From an uncultured Thermococci archaeon (GTDB taxonomy: Archaea; CAYQAE01; CAYVLA01), in the NCBI GenBank assembly GCA_964549615.1, contig CAZJVP010000011.1:65926-129925 (forward strand): 64,000 nt of DNA. Direction: 5' to 3'. Below the pieces are notes generated by a model that worked only from the letters and a program-made list of their open reading frames with translations, was not told where the DNA came from and did no database searches. Position numbers and translations under genes: made by a program. How positions within the stretch are numbered: position 1 is the first letter of the stretch; the number at the start of each line of letters is the position of its first letter. Positions 49,950 through 59,089 of the stretch are shown here, piece by piece.

Positions 49950-51650
49950 ATGATGATCCGCAACTCCCACAGAAGGCTAAACAGCTTCGTCACGGAACTG
50001 CTCGCCGCCAAGCCGGACCAGCATCGGCGACGCCTCGTGTACGACTTCGAAAATCCCAGGCGGGGATGGGTCTTCTTCAGAACCACTGCCAGACTTGGTA
50101 AGACAGGGACCGCGAAGCTATACTTGGAGTCAGGATCCAAAAGGATCGCTCTAACCAGCCACGGTTCGCCAGGCACATCAACCTCCGAGGCAATGCGGCA
50201 CCTACGGAAGGGCAGACACAGGCTGCGCCTTGCTCAGAAGGGGGAATGCTCGGTATCATCGTTGGTCGTCAGGGCGATCCCAGAGATCCTCTATGCAAAC
50301 TACCCCTCGAACCCGCACCTCAAGGAGTACGGCTCCTACGACTGGGATTACCTGGGCAGGATTGGGATGCTGGGCAACGTCAACACGATCATCACCGGAT
50401 CTTTCGGGGATTGGGCAAGGGAGTGGGCGAAGCGGGGAGGTAAGGTCGTCCAGCAGGTCGGCGTTCCTGGACTTCGCCGGGAAGAAACAGTCACGGTCGA
50501 GTCGGCGTACGATTATTGGGCGCGCACCGAGGGCATGACGCACCCGTGCATGTCGGGGGTGATCGCGGATGAATTCCCTGCGGCCGAAGGCAAGATGGAC
50601 ATCTGGGCAACGGCGGTCAAACGGCTTGCGAGGAAAGGAAGGGGGCGTTCGTTCTACGCCTACATCGGCGGCGAGCCCGCGCGGCTCAGGCCCTTCATCG
50701 AACCGCTGCTGGGGCAGGCGAACTGCTGCTTTGCGAACGAGCGGTATCTCAAGGAGCAGCCCACCGAGGAGATGGCAAAGCAGTTCCTAGAACGGGAGCT
50801 CAAGCGTGACCTTGAGGGCTACAAGGCGTATGCGCCCGATTTCCAGAAAAGGCTGATACTGGTCCTGGGGCTGCTATGCGGGCCGCCGGAGTCCCTGAAC
50901 ACCCGTCCTGGTGCGAGCTACAAGGTTTACATGGACATGCAGTTCCATCTGATCGCAAGTGATCCTGCCTTCGACGGGATCTATGGGATAGAGGAGTACC
51001 TCAGCTCCTATGCGGATGAGGAGTATCTGCGGTGGGCTGCCAAGCTCTACAGGCACTATTGCATAGAGGGCAAGAGGACTCGCCTCTCCAGTGACCCCTA
51101 TGTCCTCAACCACCTCGAGAACCCTGACTTCGAGGACGGCCTAAAGGGCTGGAGGGTCATGCCGGCCGAGCCTGGAAGCATCGATACGAGGTCGATGGAG
51201 GGGCTGGGATGGCTTCAGGGGAGATTCACCAGGGAGGGAGAGGGAGATAGGTTCCTTTGGATGAGGCGTTGCGCCAATAGGCCGAACGTAGTCTCGCAAA
51301 CCGTCAAGAACCTACAGCCAGGCCGACCGTACTCGCTCAAGCTCTACGTCGCCGACTACCTGGAACTGACCAAGAACCAGAAGCATTCAGTCCGGGTAAG
51401 AATGGAGGGCGTTGACCTAGTAACCGATAAGTGCTTCCACGCGGTCTATCCCAACTGCTACTCCCACCACATCCCCAGGTTCGGCGATCGGAACACCTAC
51501 TTCAACTTCATCCGTCTTGTCTTCTATCCCCGTGCGCCGAGGGCAGAGCTCTCCATATCCGACTGGACCTCGGACGATCAACCTGGAGGGGCGGTCGGAC
51601 AGGAGCTCATGTATAACTTCGTCGAGATCGAGCCCTACCTAATTGACTAG
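49950..51650 (+). CDS. Hypothetical carbohydrate-related protein (barrel-like core + C-terminal CBM4/9-like sandwich)
   Basis: GVIADEF in the core; [15 protein letters not shown]...[17 protein letters not shown] is typical of CBM_4_9-like domains. Start uncertain. Confidence 0.6.
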   Translation: MMIRNSHRRLNSFVTELLAAKPDQHRRRLVYDFENPRRGWVFFRTTARLGKTGTAKLYLESGSKRIALTSHGSPGTSTSEAMRHLRKGRHRLRLAQKGECSVSSLVVRAIPEILYANYPSNPHLKEYGSYDWDYLGRIGMLGNVNTIITGSFGDWAREWAKRGGKVVQQVGVPGLRREETVTVESAYDYWARTEGMTHPCMSGVIADEFPAAEGKMDIWATAVKRLARKGRGRSFYAYIGGEPARLRPFIEPLLGQANCCFANERYLKEQPTEEMAKQFLERELKRDLEGYKAYAPDFQKRLILVLGLLCGPPESLNTRPGASYKVYMDMQFHLIASDPAFDGIYGIEEYLSSYADEEYLRWAAKLYRHYCIEGKRTRLSSDPYVLNHLENPDFEDGLKGWRVMPAEPGSIDTRSMEGLGWLQGRFTREGEGDRFLWMRRCANRPNVVSQTVKNLQPGRPYSLKLYVADYLELTKNQKHSVRVRMEGVDLVTDKCFHAVYPNCYSHHIPRFGDRNTYFNFIRLVFYPRAPRAELSISDWTSDDQPGGAVGQELMYNFVEIEPYLID

Positions 51651-51725
51651 GATCATGTTTCGTTCAGCTTGGTGCGCCGTGGGTGCCAGGCTCGTCCAGA
51701 GAGGTGCACGCAGGCGAGCGGGGGC

Positions 51726-52550
51726 CTAGAGCCGGAACCCTACATCCTTGCCATCGACGAGGGTCTGGACCGTCAGGTACTGTTCGATGTTGGATGTCCG
51801 GATCTTGTCCCCCAGGACCTTCTCGACCTGGAAAACGCCGGCGGTGCCGCTTGAGTGTACCCGTATCAGAACGGGGGTCTCCTCCCCGGGGAGGATTTCG
51901 ACCTTCTGGATCGAGAGGGCGGAGAGGGAGTGTATGTCCACATTTCCCCTGTCATAAGGGTAGCGCGCCCGTCCCTTCTCCATGTCCGTCCCGTCTCCAA
52001 CGCGGACGCACCCGGCCTCGACCGTAACGCAGCGAATGCTCTCCTCGTGGCTGTAGATGGAGTTGAGTATCTCGCACTCGATCTGGATCGCCTTCTTCGT
52101 CCTGCCGTAGATCGCCTCCGTCAGGCGCTTCACGATGGGGCATGCGAGGGCGACGGAGTGTATGTGATGGTCGGTGCGGTGGATCGCATTGCCGATATCA
52201 TGCAGGTAGGCACCGGCGATCGTGATCAGCGTGGAGTCGTCGATGTCCCCTTCTCCCTCCCTCACGATCGTGGGAGGCACCTTGGCTGCAATCAGGTCCA
52301 GTATCCGGACCGAGTTCCTTGCCGAGATCGCTGCGTGGACCGGACCGTGGTCGTTGTATCCGAGCCTCTTGACCGCCATCGAGTTGGACATGTACAAGTA
52401 TGCAGTGACCTCAGGGTCCGAGCAAAGCTTCCTGAAGGCCAACCTCGACTTCGGCCTACGGGCTAGAGCGGATCTGAGCTCCTTCTTCGCGGTTTGGCCT
52501 TGTGGTTTTTCCTCTGCCAACTTTCGTCCCGCAGGGGGGCTTCGAGGCAT
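51726..52550 (-). CDS. HD-domain metal-dependent phosphohydrolase
   Basis: YNDHGPVH, LHDIGNAIHR, YSHE, GDGTDMEKGRAR, IHSLSA. Confidence 0.88.
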   Translation of the reverse strand: MPRSPPAGRKLAEEKPQGQTAKKELRSALARRPKSRLAFRKLCSDPEVTAYLYMSNSMAVKRLGYNDHGPVHAAISARNSVRILDLIAAKVPPTIVREGEGDIDDSTLITIAGAYLHDIGNAIHRTDHHIHSVALACPIVKRLTEAIYGRTKKAIQIECEILNSIYSHEESIRCVTVEAGCVRVGDGTDMEKGRARYPYDRGNVDIHSLSALSIQKVEILPGEETPVLIRVHSSGTAGVFQVEKVLGDKIRTSNIEQYLTVQTLVDGKDVGFRL

Positions 52551-52668
52551 TCGTGAAAAAGCTTACTTGAACCAGCGCCTACGGACTCACGGTGGTAGGG
52601 TGGCTGAAGCAAGCCTGGGCATTATTCACCGCTACGTTCACCGGTGCCTGGCCGGTTGCGGACCCGCG

Positions 52669-53688
52669 TCAAGCCTTGAGCCTGATCGACCTGCCCGTCC
52701 TAGAGGATTCGTAGGCTGCCATGGCGATCTCCTGATCCTTGAGGGCTTCTTGGCCCGAGTTCAGGGGCTCGGAGTCCTCACGGATCGCCCGAACCAGATC
52801 CTCAACCTCGGCCCTGTAGATGTTCACCGGCTGCGGTGAAACCTCCTTTGCCGCCTGGCCCACGACCTCGAGCCTAAGCCTGCCGGTGGGCTCCTGCCCT
52901 ATCGTCCTCTCGGTCACTATGGAGCCCTTCGTACCGTTGAGTTCCAGCCCGTTCCGGGCCCCCGGTCGAGGCATGTTGAAGAAGCTATCGACGATGCCGT
53001 ATGCCCCGGCCTTGAACTTGATCGCCACCAGCGATGAGTCCTCCACGGGGTAGCGCATGGAAAAGGTGTCGTTGAAGGCGAGGACCTGGACGGCATCGCC
53101 CAGATACATCCTCATGAGGTCTATCCCATGGATGCCGAGGTCCATCAACGATCCCCCGCCGCTCTGCTCCGGGATCTGCCGCCAAGCTCCTGGCATGTCC
53201 GGATACCAGCATCCGAACTGGACCCTCGCCGAGACCAGGTTGCCGAGGACGCCTTCCCTGACCATCCTGAGTGCCTCTTGGTGGCAGCAGTGGAATCTCA
53301 TCATGAAACCGACCGCCAGCTTCACGCCGTTCCTCCTGCAGCTTGCGATTATGTCCCGGCACTCGCGGACGTTCATGGCGAAGGGCTTCTCGCACAGGAT
53401 GTGCTTCCCGTGCTCAGCAGCTGCGACCGCCTGTCTGCGGTGAAGGTAGTTAGGCGAGGCGATGTAGACCGCATCGACCTCGGGATCTCGCAGCAGGTCT
53501 TCCTCCCTGGTATACCATTTGCTGACGCCGTACTTCTTGGCAAGCGGGCTCAATTTGTCCTCGTGAGGCCCCATGAGGGCGACCAACCTCGATCCGGGCG
53601 AGGGGATGATCCCCTCCGGAATCGTTCTCCTGTCGGCAATTCCCGCGGCTCCGATTATGCCCCAACCGATTGGCTTCAGGCTGCTCAC
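52669..53688 (-). CDS. Gfo/Idh/MocA family oxidoreductase
   Basis: GIIGAAGIA, ASPNYLH, CEKP, GGGSLMDLGIH. Confidence 0.93.
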   Translation of the reverse strand: MSSLKPIGWGIIGAAGIADRRTIPEGIIPSPGSRLVALMGPHEDKLSPLAKKYGVSKWYTREEDLLRDPEVDAVYIASPNYLHRRQAVAAAEHGKHILCEKPFAMNVRECRDIIASCRRNGVKLAVGFMMRFHCCHQEALRMVREGVLGNLVSARVQFGCWYPDMPGAWRQIPEQSGGGSLMDLGIHGIDLMRMYLGDAVQVLAFNDTFSMRYPVEDSSLVAIKFKAGAYGIVDSFFNMPRPGARNGLELNGTKGSIVTERTIGQEPTGRLRLEVVGQAAKEVSPQPVNIYRAEVEDLVRAIREDSEPLNSGQEALKDQEIAMAAYESSRTGRSIRLKA

Positions 53689-53698
53689 CTTCCCTAGC

Positions 53699-54982
53699 TT
53701 AACCCTTGCTGTAATGGCTGAGCACCTTCTTTATACCTTTGGCTATCAGCTTCATATGGTGCTCCTCAAGAGTGGGGTAGCAGTGGACTATGAACGTCCT
53801 TTCCTCAAGCCATGCAGCGTTGGGGCAGTGGGCCTTCTCGTACTGGACGGATCTTGGATCCGTGTACTCTTTCGATCTGAATGGGAACCTGGCTCGTCCG
53901 AAGCCGTTATGCTCTGTGAAGGCCCTCTCCTTGTAACACTGGGGCCAGAACTCCCTCCACACCGGGAGGCCCTCGGCGGCCATGGCTTGGAGAACGGTCT
54001 TCTTGTCGGCGTTCAGTGCCTCGAGGTTGAGGACGATCGGGAATACGTAGAACCCGTTCACCTTATCCCTGGTGTGGACGGGAAGGGTGAGTATTTCCTT
54101 GCACTCAGCCAGCTCTCGGATCAAGATCTCCCCGTTCCTTCGCCTGCGGGGAAGATTCCAGGTGTCCATCTTTGAAAGTTCCTTTATGCCGATTGCAGAC
54201 TGGATCTCAGTCATTCTGTAGTTGTATCCCACCCTGGTGTGTATGTAGGGGAGCGTACCCTCGGCCTCCAGCAGTGACAACCGCTTCTCCACGTCGTAAC
54301 CGTGGTCGCGGAAGGATCGGCACGTCCATGCCAGCTCCTCATCATCGGTGACGACCGCGCCGCCCTCGCCACCAGTTGTGAAGGTCTTGTTCTGGCAGAA
54401 GCTGAAGCATCCGGCATCGCCGAACGTGCCGACCTTCTTGCCCTTGTAGACGGCCCCGTGGGCCTCTGCGCAGTCCTCGATGACGAACAGATCGTACTCC
54501 TTGGCGATCCTAAGGATCCGGTCCATCTCGCAGACGTTGCCGTATAGGTGTACGGGGATGATCGCTCTGGTGCGTCCGGTCACTTTCCTCTCCACATCGT
54601 CGGGATCGATGCAGTGGTCGTTCCTGCTGACGTCTGCGAAGACCGGTATCGCGCCCGCCTGCAGGACGCAGAACGAGGTCGCGATGAACGTGTACGACGG
54701 AACTATCACCTCGTCCCCCGGCCCGATCCCGAGGCTTGCGACAGCGGTGTGAAGGGCGCTGGTTCCGCTAGTGGTGGTTATGCAATACTTGGACCCGTTC
54801 CACTGGGCAAACCTGCGCTCAAACTCCATGCCGAGGGTACCGGTCCAGTAGTTCACCTTGCCTGATCGCAGGGGCTCAACCGCCGCCCTGATCGTATCCT
54901 TGTCAAACCACGGCCAGGGGGGCAAAGGCCCCCTGATCATCGGTTTCCCTCCATCAATCGCAAGCCGATCTTCGCCGCTCAT
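53699..54982 (-). CDS. DegT/DnrJ/EryC1/StrS family PLP sugar aminotransferase
   Basis: SGTSALH, GDEVIVPSYTF, PVHLYG, EDCAEAHG, FSFCQNK, GEGG, GYNYRM. Confidence 0.95.
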   Translation of the reverse strand: MSGEDRLAIDGGKPMIRGPLPPWPWFDKDTIRAAVEPLRSGKVNYWTGTLGMEFERRFAQWNGSKYCITTTSGTSALHTAVASLGIGPGDEVIVPSYTFIATSFCVLQAGAIPVFADVSRNDHCIDPDDVERKVTGRTRAIIPVHLYGNVCEMDRILRIAKEYDLFVIEDCAEAHGAVYKGKKVGTFGDAGCFSFCQNKTFTTGGEGGAVVTDDEELAWTCRSFRDHGYDVEKRLSLLEAEGTLPYIHTRVGYNYRMTEIQSAIGIKELSKMDTWNLPRRRRNGEILIRELAECKEILTLPVHTRDKVNGFYVFPIVLNLEALNADKKTVLQAMAAEGLPVWREFWPQCYKERAFTEHNGFGRARFPFRSKEYTDPRSVQYEKAHCPNAAWLEERTFIVHCYPTLEEHHMKLIAKGIKKVLSHYSKG

Positions 54983-55163
54983 CGGGATTGACTCCTCTGT
55001 TCGGTGGCTTGCTTGCGCACGAACCTCCCCTATAGCTTTTGCCCTGTTTGCTACTCACCCCCGGCACGGCCAATAGCCCCTGTGCCCTCGACAATCGGCC
55101 CTTGAGAGCGCAAGACCGTACCTGAAGCAGTCCCGGCGCTGGGCTCATGAATCGGCCCCGTAC

Positions 55164-56024
55164 TCAGATGCTCGGTGGAGCCCCATCCGTCGTTGCCGTG
55201 AATCCGTACTGCAGAATGTTGGGTGTCGTCCCGCCAAGGATTTCGAACTCCTCGAACACCGTCCTGGATGCACCAGCGCCGAAGTATATCCTTTGCTCTT
55301 TCTCGAAGTGGCCCCGGTCCGATTCCAGATACGCGATGATCGTCGCCCAGCCGGGGTCCCCGTGGTTGACAGCCGTTCCGAAGATCGTGATGCCGTGCAC
55401 TTTGTTGCTTTGATTGGTGGGAACAACGTAGTCTATGAACTTGACGTGTGTGGAAATGCGGAGACTCGTGAAGCTGACGTTCATTCGATATGGCGCCCAG
55501 AAGTCCGGGGGGATGACGAAGATGTCCCCAGACACTAGGGTTGTCTCGCGTCGGCCGCGATCCGAGTCGGTGAGAAAGGGCCGGTAGGATGCCGTCACGT
55601 TGTACTCTCCGGGCGTGGAGAAGACGTCCGTCGTCGAGAGCCGCACCCCGTCACCTCTCCTCCACGCCGTCCATTCGCCGAAGAGGTCATAGGTCTGAGA
55701 GATGGACCCACCTGCCTGGAGAAGGACCTCTCCGGCCAACATGCTCAGGTTGCTGAGACGGATGCCCTCGTAGACGGCGCCGTCCGGCGTCACGACCCAG
55801 AACAGAGGGTTTGATGAAAGGATCAGGTCGAACTCACTCACGTTCTTAGCAATCCTTCCACTGTTCGTACAGATAACAGTGAATGAAAGCGCGGGCGCGG
55901 TGGTGTTGAGATTCACCTCTACCTCAAAGACAAGCCCATCATCCGGGGGTTTGGCCGGCAACAGGCAGCCCGATATCGTGAGGACCAAACACAATGGGAC
56001 CCAGCGAATGAACCTCAATCCCAC
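55164..56024 (-). CDS. Putative lipoprotein with beta-sandwich domains
   Basis: Lipobox-like LTISGC after a short hydrophobic stretch; BRE/TATA CGAAAGCTTTATT at 56059-56047 supports GTG 56024. Confidence 0.65.
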   Translation of the reverse strand: MGLRFIRWVPLCLVLTISGCLLPAKPPDDGLVFEVEVNLNTTAPALSFTVICTNSGRIAKNVSEFDLILSSNPLFWVVTPDGAVYEGIRLSNLSMLAGEVLLQAGGSISQTYDLFGEWTAWRRGDGVRLSTTDVFSTPGEYNVTASYRPFLTDSDRGRRETTLVSGDIFVIPPDFWAPYRMNVSFTSLRISTHVKFIDYVVPTNQSNKVHGITIFGTAVNHGDPGWATIIAYLESDRGHFEKEQRIYFGAGASRTVFEEFEILGGTTPNILQYGFTATTDGAPPSI

Positions 56025-56208
56025 GACTGCATATGCTTGACGGATCAATAAAGCTTTCGCCTGGGAGGTGGAGGTGGCGAGATCGATGGGATGCTCCCCA
56101 AGATGCCACTTCAACTGAACCCCATGAGAGGGTGCGGGGCGGTTCATGGGATGGGGTCCCTTGCAGCGTTCTAGGACCGTGAAGGACTGAGCGGGCACGG
56201 GGCGCGCG

Positions 56209-56223
56209 GGAAAGGGTTTTAAG
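56209..56223 (+). promoter_or_regulatory. BRE+TATA for the ABC operon
   Basis: GGAAAGGGTTTTAAG ~32 nt upstream of GTG 56255. Confidence 0.55.
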
Positions 56224-56254
56224 AAAGCCGACCTAGGCGAAGACCGATAGTTCC

Positions 56255-56449
56255 GTGCCCGACGCCAACATACCGCTGATAGTCGCACCTTTGGTCCTTC
56301 TCCAGGTGGTCCTCGTCGTCCTCGCTCTGCTCGATCTTAGGAAGCAGGAGAAGGTGAAGTATCTCGGCAAGCGGCTCTGGGCGGTGTTCATCGTCCTCGT
56401 GGGGATCTTCGGGCCGCTCGTCTACTTCATGCTGGGTCGTGCGGACTGA
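56255..56449 (+). CDS. PLDc_N domain small membrane protein (YxlE-like)
   Basis: PLVLLQVVLVVLALLDL...KRLWAVFIVLVGIFGPLVYFMLGR. Confidence 0.85.
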   Translation: MPDANIPLIVAPLVLLQVVLVVLALLDLRKQEKVKYLGKRLWAVFIVLVGIFGPLVYFMLGRAD

Positions 56450-57369
56450 TGGCAGAGGCAATCAGGTGCGAGGGCCTTACGAGGACCTTCGGCCCAATTG
56501 TTGCGGTTGACCATCTGGACCTGAGCGTGGAGGAGAATAGCATCTTCGGATTTCTGGGTCCCAATGGCGCCGGCAAGTCGACTACGATAAAGATGCTGGT
56601 CGGGCTCATCGAGCCCACGGCTGGAAAGGCGATCGTTGCGGGCGTCGATGCGCGAGATCACTCGATCCGGTCCAGGCACAGGTTGGGCTACCTTCCCGAG
56701 AACCCCAACTTCTACGGTTGGATGAGCGGGGAGGAGTTGCTCCTCTTCGTTGGCAGGCTGTTTGGCGTGAGAGGAGCCGAGCTTCGGGATCGGGTGGATG
56801 TGCTGCTTAAGGAGGTGGGCCTCCATGAGGCCGGAAAGAGGAAGATCTCGGGCTACTCTAGGGGCATGAAGCAGCGACTCGGTATGGCGCAGGCGCTGAT
56901 CAACAACCCGAGTGTGCTCTTGCTCGATGAACCCTGCTCGGCCTTGGATCCTATCGGGAGGATGGAGGTTCTCAACATGATCCGGAGGTTGGGACGGGAA
57001 ACCACCGTGTTCATGTCCACGCACATCCTCGCCGATGTCGATAGGATCTGCGACAGTGTGGCAATCATCAACAGGGGGCGGCTCGTGGCCCAGTCGGGAA
57101 TCGAGGAACTGAGACGCAGGTATGCATTGCCGGTTTTCAGGATCGCGTTTGAGACGAAGCCCACCCGCTTCCGGGAGGCGCTCGAAGGGCAAGGGTGGGT
57201 GGAACGGGTGGACGAAGAGGGTCCGTCGTCGTTCATGGTGAGGGTGAGCGACTTGGACAAGGCCAAGGACTTGCTGCCAAAGATCGCCGCTGCGGATGAT
57301 GCTAGGCTTGTTAGGTACGAGCTGTCATCCCCGACTCTGGAGGAGATATTCGTCAGGATGGTGGGCTAG
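56449..57369 (+). CDS. ABC-2 type exporter ATP-binding protein
   Basis: GPNGAGKS, YSRGMKQR, LLLDEP, STH. Confidence 0.95.
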   Translation: MAEAIRCEGLTRTFGPIVAVDHLDLSVEENSIFGFLGPNGAGKSTTIKMLVGLIEPTAGKAIVAGVDARDHSIRSRHRLGYLPENPNFYGWMSGEELLLFVGRLFGVRGAELRDRVDVLLKEVGLHEAGKRKISGYSRGMKQRLGMAQALINNPSVLLLDEPCSALDPIGRMEVLNMIRRLGRETTVFMSTHILADVDRICDSVAIINRGRLVAQSGIEELRRRYALPVFRIAFETKPTRFREALEGQGWVERVDEEGPSSFMVRVSDLDKAKDLLPKIAAADDARLVRYELSSPTLEEIFVRMVG

Positions 57370-58118
57370 TGAGCTTCGCAGTGCTCCTGCGCAAGGAGTT
57401 CAAGGAGATCGTTCGGACCAAGAGGATCATCGTGCTGCCCGCTGTCTTCCTCTTCTTCGGAATCCTTGGGCCTGTGCTGCTCTACATGACTCCGGAGCTA
57501 CTCAAGTCGCAAGGGCTCAATTTCACCATGCCTGCGCCGACGCCGGTGCAGTCGGCCGGCGAGTACTACGAATCGGCATCCAGCTTCGCTGCCATCGCGA
57601 TCATCCTGGTCTCGATGGGCGCCGTAGTCGAGGAGAAGGCCAGGGGCACGATACAGATCGTGCTCACCAAGCCCGCTAGGCGTAGCTGCTTCATAGCAGC
57701 GAAGTACATAGCCCTTGCCTGCCTATCCTTGGTTTCGATGTTCATGGGATCGGTGGCGTGTCTGTACTACACCGGACTGCTCATCGGCCATCTGCCTATC
57801 GGACCATACATGATCTCGACCATGTTGGTTGGACTCTTTCTGTGTTTCGTCGTTGCCCTCACCTTGTTCTTCAGCACGGTGCTCGGCAGCCAGATGGCGG
57901 CGGGCGGAGCCACGATAGTGGTCTTCTTCCTGCTCGGCGCGCTGCCCATCGCCAGCAAGGCGTTGAGGACGATGCTGCCGAATGGGCTGGTTGGGCTGGG
58001 AAACGCGGTCTTGGCAGGCGAGTCGCCCACCCTGCTGGCCCCGGTGGTTGCAGATCTTGTGCTGATCGTCCTGATCCTGATTGCGGCCTGGGCGATATTC
58101 TCCAGACAGGAGCTCTAG
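57369..58118 (+). CDS. ABC-2 type exporter permease
   Basis: LLRKEFKE, EEKARGT...LTKP..R...AKY, six TMs, FSRQEL. Confidence 0.92.
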   Translation: MSFAVLLRKEFKEIVRTKRIIVLPAVFLFFGILGPVLLYMTPELLKSQGLNFTMPAPTPVQSAGEYYESASSFAAIAIILVSMGAVVEEKARGTIQIVLTKPARRSCFIAAKYIALACLSLVSMFMGSVACLYYTGLLIGHLPIGPYMISTMLVGLFLCFVVALTLFFSTVLGSQMAAGGATIVVFFLLGALPIASKALRTMLPNGLVGLGNAVLAGESPTLLAPVVADLVLIVLILIAAWAIFSRQEL

Positions 58119-58192
58119 CTGACAAGCCCATGCCCCGGCTTGCCGACCGTCGGGGTCTACGCAAGAGAGCAACCCCTATCGAAGCGGGTCTG

Positions 58193-59050
58193 TCATGTGC
58201 CTCTTTGCGCGTTGGCTCGTCGAAGGGTTATGTATGCAACCTCCGGAGGACACAGGAATCTGGCGGGCACGGCCGTCGTTCCGACTCCGTTCGTCACGTA
58301 CACAGCGGTCCCGGCGCGGCGGTATAGGCCCGAGACGTAGCCACCTCCCGCCCACCTTGCCCAGGGCGCCCCGACCAAGGGCAGCCGTATCTGCCCACCG
58401 TGGGTATGTCCCGAGAGGACCAGTTGGACGCCTTCCGGCAGCCTATTCACTATCTCCGGCGAATGCGCGAGCAAAATTATGAACCCGCCCTCCGTCCCTT
58501 TCAGCGCTTCCGGGACTCGATCAGCACCGAGGGAGGGATCGTCGGTTCCTGCAATCCATATCCGGGACCCGTCCAGATCGATGGGCTCGGCATCGTTGAT
58601 CAACAGCCGGATGCCGACTGCTTCGAGGTCACCACGCAGCGCGCTCCCCGTCCAGCCCGTATAGTATTCCCAGTTTCCCTGAACGGCCCAGACACCCAGA
58701 CGGGCGGTCAGATTCGATAGGTAGGTCAGGCATTCCTCCCTATGCCGCCGATCCGACACGAGGTCACCGGTGAGCGCGATGAGGTCGGGCGGATCCTCCT
58801 TGACGATCTTGAGCACAGCCCGCTCGCGGTCCCCGATGCGGCGTAGATGAAGGTCAGAGATATGTGCTACGCGTAGGCCCTCGGCCGAGGGTGGCAGGTC
58901 CGGGATGAAGACGGTGATCTTCCTCGTGCGGACCATATTGGGTTCGACGAGGAAGGCGTACAGCCCTATCCCAAGGAAGGCCAGCGCGAGGAATCCGACC
59001 ATTGCGTCTGGCCCACGAGCACACCGCATCGGCGGCCAGCAAATCTTCAT
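58193..59050 (-). CDS. Calcineurin-like metallophosphoesterase (YkuE/YaeI-like) with N-terminal TM
   Basis: SDLH, GDLV, GNWE, AHSP, GHTHGGQ; start may be ATG 59002. Confidence 0.92.
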   Translation of the reverse strand: MKICWPPMRCARGPDAMVGFLALAFLGIGLYAFLVEPNMVRTRKITVFIPDLPPSAEGLRVAHISDLHLRRIGDRERAVLKIVKEDPPDLIALTGDLVSDRRHREECLTYLSNLTARLGVWAVQGNWEYYTGWTGSALRGDLEAVGIRLLINDAEPIDLDGSRIWIAGTDDPSLGADRVPEALKGTEGGFIILLAHSPEIVNRLPEGVQLVLSGHTHGGQIRLPLVGAPWARWAGGGYVSGLYRRAGTAVYVTNGVGTTAVPARFLCPPEVAYITLRRANAQRGT

Positions 59051-59089
59051 GTTGCTTCCTCGAAATGCTTCCCTTGATCGCGCCGAACG

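Noticed and set aside
49668-50176. Apparent 500-bp overlap of divergent ORFs 48056..50176 and 49668..51650
   Set aside because: Artefact of longest-ORF starts; plausible starts at 49750 (-) and ~49950 (+) remove the overlap.
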